Part shown: positions 1 to 7,847 of the stretch, piece by piece
How the letters are laid out: each line of letters opens with the position of its first letter
How positions within the stretch are numbered: position 1 is the stretch's first letter
From: Octopus sinensis
Lineage: Eukaryota
Direction of reading: 5' to 3'
Length of the DNA stretch: 7,859 bases
NCBI RefSeq assembly: GCF_006345805.1
Contig: NW_021828720.1
Coordinates: forward strand, 1 to 7,859
Program-made: the position numbers and the translations under genes
Notes under the pieces: generated by a model
Seen by the model: the letters and a program-made list of their open reading frames with translations, nothing else
Database searches by the model: none
What the model was told of the DNA's origin: nothing

Positions 1-21
1 TGTGTGCTCGTGACTCGATTC

Positions 22-603
22 CAGTCGTTTCAGGGGCCCTTTTGTGTTGCGGTCTAGGGTGTCCGTGTGCATGTCTGCAGAGTCGTTTCAGGGGTCCTTT
101 TGTGCTGCGGTCTAGGGTGTCCGTGTGCATGTCTGCAGAGTTGTTTCAGGGGTCCTTTTGTGCTGCGGTCTAGGGTGTCCGTGTGCATGTCTGCAGAGTT
201 GTTTCAGGGGTCCTTTTGTGCTGCGGTCTAGGGTGTCCGTGTGCATGTCTGCAGAGTTGTTTCAGGGGTCCTTTTGTGCTGCGGTCTAGGGTGTCGTGTG
301 CATGTCTGCAGAGTTGTTTCAGGGGTCCTTTTGTGCTGCGGTCTAGGGTGTCCGTGTGCATGTCTGCAGGTTGAGTTGTCAGGGGTCCTTTTGTGCTGCG
401 GTCTAGGGTGTCCGTGTGCATGTCTGCAGAGTCGTTTCAGGGGTCCTTTTGTGCTGCGGTCTAGGGTGTCCGTGTGCATGTCTGCAGAGTCGTTTCAGGG
501 GTCCTTTTGTGCTGCGGTCTAGGGTGTCCGTGTGCATGTCTGCAGAGTCGTTTCAGGGGTCCTTTTGTGCTGCGGTCTAGGGTGTCCGTGTGCATGTCTG
601 CAG
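22..603. repeat. 58-bp tandem repeat (minisatellite), ~10 copies
   Basis: Unit GTGTCCGTGTGCATGTCTGCAGAGTYGTTTCAGGGGTCCTTTTGTGCTGCGGTCTAGG starts at 59, 117, 175, 233, 291 (57 bp), 348 (60 bp), 408, 466, 524 and 582 (partial), with a partial diverged unit at 22-58. Units are nearly identical. Seen directly. Confidence 0.97.
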
Positions 604-791
604 CAATGTTCAAGATGCAGAACCTGAACTCGCTCGTTCAGCTTGCATGAGTTTTTTGGCTTCTCCGTATAACGTTGTAGCTTTAAATACTTTCGCCCAA
701 AAGGCTTAAGCACGTTCCGAGCAACGCTAGGGAAGTGCTTTCCAAGAGGAGATCTTTTATGGCAATGACGTTACAACATTCATATAATCTA

Positions 792-858
792 TACACACGC
801 ATGCGTACACACACACACATATATATTTCTTGTGTATGTGTGTGTGCGCGCGTGTGTG
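792..858. repeat. Compound (CA)n...(TG)n microsatellite with imperfect fold-back symmetry
   Basis: TACACACGCATGCGTACACACACACACATATATAT-TTCT-TGTGTATGTGTGTGTGCGCGCGTGTGTG: a CA-rich arm followed by a TG-rich arm, mostly alternating purine/pyrimidine. Confidence 0.8.
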
Positions 859-2039
859 AAGGAGTCTGTATATGAAAATCTATGCATTGTTTCTTTCATT
901 GTGACTTAACACTCTTGAATTTCTGATTCTAATTCGTCTGAAGTGTTCTATAAATTGCAGCCATCTAATAATTGAGTTATGAAAAAAAAAATAGACAAAG
1001 TTATACATAAAAGTTACATATAAAAAAGCTGTAATAATTCAATACATTTCGGTCAGTCGTTACCTTAGGAAATCTCCTACACAAAATTACGTGTTATTCA
1101 AAGAAGAATCTAAGCGCACACTTTCTTAACTAGCACTTACATAATTTAATTATATCTAAAAGCTATGTAGGAAATTTAGAATTCAAGAAAGAATTATAGT
1201 CTTAACCTATCACTAATTAATGAATTGTCTAAATTGATCGAAAATATAAATTGTAGTTATTTGTTGTTTCCTTTTGATTAGTTAAAGTCAATTGTTTTTA
1301 CCTAAAAATGATGAAAGATTTCATTTATATTTTCCACCATCGAAATTTTTAAAATATAAGGACTAGAATGTTTTAATTACATACGACCAAAATTATTAAA
1401 ATATAAGTAGTTAAATTATAAGTTACGTTATATAATGGTTTATTTGTTAAATGATACTTTCATGATTATTTAATTGAGGTATTCAGACATCGTAAAACTT
1501 ACTTCATATGTTTAAGGGGAATACATGGATTTTAACTTTTAAAAATCTTCGGCTGTAACAGGTCTTTTATTTAAATTATAGTGGCATGGTTCCTTGTGTT
1601 TCCTAATCTTGTATGTCTTGTCTTCTCCCTAAATTTTTATGTGAAAAGAATAGTCAATTTATTCGTTGTGAACGGATGTACAGCCGTCAGAGGATGTTCA
1701 GTAAATTTAGACCAAAAAGCCATAAAGGTATTTTAAATCTAGGATTATAGAAACAATATCTAGTCTTCGAAGAGGGAATGGGGATTCACAGCCAAAATTG
1801 TACTGATAATGTTAGAAAATCGGGTTGGGACTCCCTAACTTAGGAAGAAATATAAGCTGAGTGTGTTCCGTCCGGTGGCGAATAAGAAATTGATCGTCTC
1901 GAAAAATTGATTTTGAGAAATGATAATAGCATGCGTAAAAGAGGGAGGAAGCTTAGTGGCTTTACGAACAATAGATCCAATCTACTCATTCCATTAAATG
2001 TCCTTAGTAAAAGATACACAGGAAAGAAAAATCGAAACT

Positions 2040-2720
2040 TGAAAAGAAAGCTTTTAATAATATAGAAAAAAGTGGACACCGACAGAGTTGATATGATGCT
2101 TACTGTGAATACGATTAGTTTTGGAAGAGGTTAAATTAACCAATCACTGAGAACATCAATGAGGTAAACGATTATTTGGAAAGCTTCTTTCCACCTGATC
2201 CAGAAAATCGGATATCTCATTTAAGGATGAGTTCAAAGCGCTGTCATCAGAGGAGATGGATAATTCCGGTGCGACATCTTCTGAAAGGTCGTTAATAAAT
2301 GGTTAGAAAACTTCTGAACAGAAAACCATTAAATCGTTTTAGGTAACAGTAGTTGCGATCGAGTATGAAAGTATTAAGAAATCCAAATTCCATCTATAGA
2401 TTCGACGTTATGGAAAATATCATTGTATAGGACTTTGGCAAAAGCTTTCGATATGTCATGGGATACATTGCTGTCTTTGAAAAATAGGAGACATAGATAG
2501 TCGAGCTGCACTCTCATGATAGTCGCGGGTTCATCGATAGGTTTTCGAGAATAGCTATTTACTGACTAATGTTGCAAGACAGAAACTGATTCAAAATCTT
2601 AACGACACTGTGAGCTTTAGGTAGAAGTTTTCTTGAACCTCATCTACGGGACTAGTAATGGCCTTAGAAATTTATGACAGAAGAAGAAACTGGGGTTACC
2701 TTTCTGGAATCTGGAAAAAC
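2040..2720 (+). pseudogene. Possible highly decayed non-LTR retrotransposon RT relic (plus strand)
   Basis: GACTTT(G)GCAAAAGCTTTCGATATGTCATGGGATACATTGCTG at ~2431 reads DF[+1]AKAFDMSWDTLL, like the RT motif DFxKAFDxVxHxxLL. Weaker collinear matches: EKKAFNNIEK (~2041), NRFR*Q*LRSSMKVL (~2332, cf. NYRPISLTS..KV) and FENSYLLTN..RQ (~2546). Motif spacing is irregular and there are many stops. Confidence 0.33.
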
Positions 2721-3147
2721 GTGTTATGGTCACGTTGATAAAGTGTTTCATGAAGATTTAAAATAGGAGAGTAAACTGTTTATTAGGGACATTTGAACGA
2801 CAATAAGAATGACATCATCTAAATAAGAAGTCGTATAAATATCAGTGTAGAGAATTTACTTTAATTACAGATCTCTAAATGATATGGAAATCAGTGAAAA
2901 GATGCGAGATGCAGACGCAAAAATCGCAAAACAAAAACATGATTTCTAAGTCAAGTGCAGAATCTTTTAATAAGCATTCAGTTGTATTTTTAGCCAGAAA
3001 ATAATTGAAAGGATGGTGTGAAATATTTACGTATATTCAATCTATTAATTGGTAGCCTCAATATGTGTTGAATTGTATTTCGATAATGCACTTTCAAAAC
3101 ATGTGAAAACAAATCTCTTCAGGTAGTAGGTACGTACGTTAAACATG

Positions 3148-3165
3148 TATATATATATATATATA

Positions 3166-3201
<36 letters not shown>

Positions 3202-3266
3202 AATATATATATATAATATATATATATATATCTATATATAATATAGATATATATATATATATTATA
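3148..3266. repeat. (TA)n microsatellite, imperfect, abutting the LINE 3' tail
   Basis: About 120 bp of TA dinucleotides with occasional interruptions (TAA, TAG, TCT). Confidence 0.97.
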
Positions 3267-3305
3267 CTTACTTTGATACTTTGATAGGTTTCGGCCATAT
3301 TGGCC
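3267..3305 (-). other. LINE 3' terminal signal: GGCCA-ATA-TGGCC hairpin plus (TATCAAAG)2 octamer tail
   Basis: Plus strand CTTTGATA x2 at 3271-3286 and GGCCA/TGGCC at 3293-3305; the same arrangement occurs in copy 2 (7679-7694; 7703-7716). Confidence 0.8.
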
Positions 3306-3351
3306 CAGGCCATGTCTAACTTAATAGCACCCCCTGGTGAAGTCTTTCAAG

Positions 3352-5830
3352 TCAGAATTTGGGCACTATGGCCCACTCAAGTAGAGAGTTATTGTTTACA
3401 GAGACATATCCGGGTGTAGGGGGTTTATCCGGATTTCTTGAAGGAATCTGTCCAAAGACTTCTTGAACCCTATAGGGTCAGTTTCTGTTTTAATGTGTTT
3501 TGTGTAATGTTAAAGAGAGCGGGGCCAATTGAGGTGAAATAATTGTGCCGTATTGTTGTTATGAGATGAGAGTGCGATTTTTGTTTTGGGCGGATGGCAC
3601 GGGCCCAAGCCTTGGATGTACCTTAAAGGTGATGCCAACATCATTTGGGCAATGCTGATGGAATATTTTCCACATCATGCAGATGATGTAGCGCTCACGA
3701 CGACGTTGGAGAGAATAGAGTTTTAGCTTTTCTAGTCGACCCCAATAGTCGAGGCCTGTCATGCCATCTATCTTTTTTGTGATTGCCCTTTGAGGTGCTT
3801 CAACTTTTATGATACCTTGTATTGTGTGGGGAGACCACAGTGGACAACAGTATTCAAGTGGGGTCGGGCAAAAGTGGAGAAGAGAAGGATAATGGTGTGG
3901 ATATCTCTCGACTGGAAAGTTCTAAGAATCCAGAACACATTCTGCGGGCCATGTCAACTTTGGTGTTATATGAGTGGCCCAGCTTACGTTGTTGTCCACA
4001 ATTACTCCCAAGTCTCTGATGTTGTTGGACGCCGCGAGAGTTTCACCTGAAGGAAGGGAGTATGGGAGTTTCAGGGCATCCTCTTTTCCAAAGTGGATTA
4101 GCTCAAATTTATCCTCGTTCAGCAGCATATTGTTTTTTTCTGCCCATTGGATAACAGCCAGTAGATCTGACTGACTGAAGGCATGTCCGGTCACTCGCCT
4201 CATTTATGACCTTCTGTAGCTTGGAGTCATCTGCAAAGATTTTTATGTTGCTGTGCTTGATGATGTCATTAATGTCATTAATGTAAATGATGAAAGAAGT
4301 GGGCCCAGCACAGTGCCTTGCGGAACGCCACTACTGACTTTGGCTGGGCTTATTTTACCCCTTCAACTACAACATGTTGAGATCTGTCTGTCAGGAAACA
4401 CTTAATCCATTTCAGTAACTTTCCAGAGACACCAATGTTGGATAGTTTTTTTCAATAGGATCTTGTGATCGACCCTGTCGAAGGCCTTACTGAAATCAAG
4501 GTAGATGACATCGGTGTTGGAGCCCTCTCCCAAGCTCTCAAAATGTCCTCAAAGTGATGCAGGAGCTGCGTTAGGCAGTCCCTTCCATTACGGAAACCAT
4601 GTTGGTTGGAGATCAGCCGTCTGTTGCTTTCCAGAATTGGGTTATTCGAGATCTCACCACCCTCTCAAATACCTTGATGATATGAGAGGTGAGTGAGATC
4701 GGACGGTAATTCACTGCAAGGGACTTGTTTCCCTTTTTGAAAACTGGGACAACAGACTGGGAAGAGGTTTTTTGGAATATAGCCAGCATCCAGTGAGTTT
4801 CTCCACAGATTAGCAAGGGGAGATGCAAGTTGGTGTCGACACACCTTCAGGACACAAGCAGGGAACCTAACGGGGCCTACTGCTGAATTGTGTTTTATTT
4901 CGTTTATCGCCGCTAAGACATCAGGGGCACTAAACGTTATGTCCGAAATAGTGTGTTGGGGTTGACATCACTGATACAGCCCAGATCGGCCATATCAGGA
5001 TTGCTGAAAACAGAGCAGTATTGTTTCTGCAGTATCTCGGCCATGGATTTGGCATTATCTTGGAGAGTGCCGTTTCGTCAATTAGAGGGCCTACAGTGGA
5101 GACAGTGACCCTGCGTTTCCTCGCAAATGAAAAGAACACTTTGGGGTTGAGTTTGATTTTTTCAATGGCCCACTTCTCCTCAGCTGATCTTTGGTTATTG
5201 ATGAGGGTCTTCATGCATTGTTGGAGGTTATATTTTTTGGATTCAAGCAGTGCGATAGCCGTCGAATGTGTGTGTTGCTGTTGGCAGTACTTTAGTTTTG
5301 TTAATTTTTTTGTTTGTTCTTTTTATTTTTCTGAATATGGTTTTTTCTGTTTTGGGGGATTCTGCACTTTTTGTTCACAGGTCTTGGTGGGGAGTGTTTT
5401 GCACATATGTCTGTGACGGTGTCTACAAGATCTGCCAAGATGTTTTATGGTTGGTGGAGATGTGTGTATGTGTAAAGGACCAGTCAACATTTGATAGCTC
5501 GTTCCTGATTGCATCCCAGTTGGCTTTATGGAGATCCATGTTGTCAAATGGGTGGGCTGGAGGAAGGTCACTAGGATTAGCTTTCGGCTGGTGGAATTTC
5601 ATGTTACAGAGAACCATGTCATGGTCTGAAAGAAGGGTTTTTTCCACTGTAACGTTATGTATAGTGTTAGTGTGGTTACTAAACACTAGGTCCAAAATGT
5701 TCTGATGTCTTGTTGGTGCAAGGACAAGTTGGGACAAGAAAAACTCATTCGTAAAGTCGAAAAGTGACTCTGCTGCTTCTTTGTCAGCGGTTGAGGCGGG
5801 AGTGCTTAATAAAATAATTTTCCTGCTTAG
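3352..5830 (-). pseudogene. LINE ORF2: partial APE endonuclease + reverse transcriptase, frameshifted
   Basis: APE motifs LSQLVLAPTRHQNILDLVF and SDH (5621-5629); KANWDAIR; EKWAIEKIKLNPKVFFSFAR; NYRPISLTS (4685-4708); QHGFRNGRDCLTQLL; IYLDFSKAFD (DFSKAFD 4477-4497); SGVPQGTVLGP (4300-4332); FADD (4226-4237); RDLGVIVD; RPHLEYCCPLWSP; YSLQRRRERY; terminal (I)PDKPPTPGY...NNSLLEWA; stop TGA at 3354-3352. More than a dozen frameshifts. Confidence 0.95.
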
Positions 5831-6934
5831 GGAGCAGTTTTTGGCTGGAGGTGTGGTTGCACTGTTGGATAGGGTTGTAGTTTCCACTTTTGTTGTTGTT
5901 TTTTTTGTGTCTTCCTGAAAAGACTGGACCAGCATTACTGCAGCATGGTGTGTTTCTATTTTTATTGTTATTCAGGTTTGTGTGTTGGCTTGAGGCCCCG
6001 TTTCTGTTTGTGCGTCGGGTCCCTGGAAGATGAGTGGAAGGGACAGTCACTCAGTAGACATGTTCTCTCACGTTGGAATACCGGCAGATTTTGGGACTCC
6101 GAGTTGTGTGTGTTTTGAATTTCGATTTACTATTTGGTGGTGTTGATGTTATGTGGATGCGTGCTTTGGCCTTGGCCGGTAGTGCGTCTAGTGCCGGTAG
6201 ATGCGTGAAGATGCAGTCACTATTTGGTGCAGAGTCCTGGCGCAGTGAATAGCGGCATATTTTGGGGATTTCTTGTTTGAGCCGTGGGGGGCGCATTCTG
6301 CTTCCTATGTTTCTTTAAGTTTTTGTTACTGCAGTAGTATTGAGGTGGTGATGTGGGGGAAGAGGGCAGTGGTTTCTTATTTGGTTTTCTGTTGGTATTT
6401 TTTTGGTGATAGAAGACGATGGTGGCAGCGGTGGTGATGATGATGATGATAATTGTGGTGGTTTCTGTGAGAGCGGTGAAAAGATACTGGCATTTAGTGA
6501 ATCGTCTAGTAAGCTAGAGTTGAGGAGTGGCTGTTGTTGTTCTTGTTGCTGTGGCTGTGTTTGTTGTTGTATGTTGTTGTGCCCGATGTCAGGGTCAGCC
6601 ATTGTGCTGGGAACCAGGAGTGGCTCATTCTGTTGTTGTTGTTGTTGTGGCTGCTGATTTTCTAGCTGTTGTTGTTCTTGAACTGTGAAAATATGTAGAA
6701 GCTTTTCATAATGGCCTCTTATCAGTTTGAAAGATACTTCGATATGTTTCAACTTGCTACGAATCTGTTTGACGGATCGTGTGTTGACCCTTGTGATGTT
6801 TTTTTTTTTTCGGCAATCTCATTCAAACACAAGACTTTAGATTTTCTGTTTGGGAAAGAGAGAGCATGTGTTTATTAAACATCAATTTCGTTATCAGACC
6901 AATTCCGTCTGTTGCAGGCCTGCAAGTTAGTCAT
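5784..6934 (-). pseudogene. LINE ORF1 (frameshifted): Myb/SANT-like N-terminus, Gln- and Ser/Pro-rich linker, two CCCH-like zinc fingers
   Basis: ATG at 6934, MTNLQACNRRNWSDNEIDV... then, bridging frameshifts, ...LNEIAEKK-NITRVNTRSVKQIRSKLKHIEVSFK; poly-Q segment (ORF track 6315-6752); repeated PKICRYS...SDC.FTHLP at 6201-6257 and 6030-6086. Position directly upstream of ORF2 on the same strand supports ORF1 identity. The 3' end is uncertain. Confidence 0.7.
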
Positions 6935-7253
6935 GTTTGTTTTTCTTTTTGTTTGTTTTCCTTTTGATATTTAAAATATATATATTCTTTTTTGGGATTA
7001 AAGAAGTGTATATAATAAAATGTTCTCCTTAAGGGTGTGAGTTTCTGATTATTTGGTTGTTTGAGGATATTAAAAGAAAAACAGGTGTATATAACAATTT
7101 GTAGTAGATGAAAACGTACTTACGGGTTTTGTAGGCCAACACTTGGTTACAAATATATATATATTAAGGTCAGTTAGGTCTGAAGCTGTGTAGCTTGCTA
7201 CTGACTTGGGAGAGAAACAAATAGACGTCCGTCCACTCCAACAGTAAATATCC
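6935..7253 (-). promoter_or_regulatory. Putative LINE 5' UTR / internal promoter region
   Basis: Non-repetitive sequence between the (TA)n tract and the ORF1 ATG, beginning GGATATTTACTGTTGGAGTGGACGGACG on the minus strand. Assigned by position only; it could partly be host flank. Confidence 0.4.
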
Positions 7254-7271
7254 ATATATATAATATATATA

Positions 7272-7311
<40 letters not shown>

Positions 7312-7371
7312 ATATGTATATATATATATATATATATATGTATATACATATTAATATATATATGTATATAT

Positions 7372-7416
<45 letters not shown>

Positions 7417-7498
7417 TAGATATATATAGATATAATATATATATATATATCGATTATAGATAATATATATATATAGCTATATATATATATATATATAG

Positions 7499-7531
<33 letters not shown>

Positions 7532-7532
7532 C

Positions 7533-7563
<31 letters not shown>

Positions 7564-7602
7564 GATATTATATATATATATATATATCTATAATATATAT
7601 AG

Positions 7603-7633
<31 letters not shown>

Positions 7634-7678
7634 ATATAGATATATATATATATATATAGATATATATATATATATATA
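7254..7678. repeat. Long imperfect (TA)n microsatellite (~425 bp)
   Basis: TA dinucleotide array with recurrent TAGATAA, TAGCTA and TAA interruptions. Confidence 0.97.
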
Positions 7679-7847
7679 CTTTGATACTTTGATAGGTTCG
7701 TCGGCCATTATTGGCCCAGGCCTGTCTAACTTAATAGCACCACCTGTGAAGTCTTTCATATAATCATAATTGGGTACTATGGCCCACTCAAGTAGAGAGT
7801 TATTGTTTACAGAGACATATCCGGGTGTAGGGGGTTTATCCGGGATT
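7679..7847 (-). mobile_element. 5'-truncated second copy (3' end only) of the same CR1-type LINE
   Basis: Direct repeat of 3271-3435. 7776-7843 matches 3365-3432 at all 68 positions, and the tail and hairpin are shared. Similarity stops at 7847. Confidence 0.92.

Larger units (their letters stand above)
3267..7253 (-). mobile_element. Near full-length CR1-type (CR1/L2 group) non-LTR retrotransposon, copy 1
   Basis: On the minus strand: putative 5' UTR, ORF1, ORF2 with APE C-terminal motifs and full RT motifs, a short 3' UTR, a hairpin and a (TATCAAAG)2 tail. No RNase H or C-terminal CCHC seen, and the C-terminus has YSLQRRRERY, as expected for the CR1 group. The 3' boundary is firm. The 5' boundary is uncertain (7253, or the short TA runs near 7152-7164 or ~6980). 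Confidence 0.9.

Noticed and set aside
22-603. CRISPR array, or coding ORFs 170-421, 183-374, 228-479, 241-522, 519-713
   Set aside because: Units are contiguous with no unique spacers and there are no cas genes. The ORFs are by-products of a stop-poor 58-bp repeat (period not a multiple of 3).
880-1640. AT-rich stretch as a regulatory element or MITE
   Set aside because: No terminal inverted repeats, ORF or convincing motif found by eye; only trivial short duplications (e.g. AAAGTTA(TA)CATA near 998-1020).
2360-2660. Gypsy-type RNase H reading (VLRNP...SR...DRN) in one plus frame
   Set aside because: No TDAS or other catalytic motif and many stops. The LINE-RT reading fits somewhat better, and both are weak.
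3119-3313. Minus ORF 3119-3313 and ORF 7070-7255
   Set aside because: The first is mostly translated (TA)n (IYIY...). The second is short, has no recognisable motif, and starts at the edge of the TA tract.
3790-5705. Plus-strand ORFs 3790-4050, 3822-4019, 3974-4174, 4505-4696, 5021-5416, 5268-5705 (and 6403-6657)
   Set aside because: Antisense shadows of the LINE ORFs. The Cys-rich or hydrophobic look comes from reverse-complemented CAA/AAA codons.
6912-6925. Perfect 14-bp palindrome TTGCAGGCCTGCAA near the ORF1 start
   Set aside because: About 0.5 such palindromes are expected by chance in 7.9 kb (7859/4^7); no supporting context.
3255-7270. Discrete target-site duplication for copy 1
   Set aside because: Both flanks are (TA)n, so a TSD cannot be distinguished from the microsatellite.
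3267-7847. The two ~170-bp direct repeats as LTRs or Penelope pseudo-LTRs
   Set aside because: The repeat is the ORF2 C-terminus plus 3' UTR and tail, lacks TG...CA ends, and is separated from copy 1 by 425 bp of (TA)n. The enzyme set is APE + LINE-type RT, with no integrase or GIY-YIG seen.
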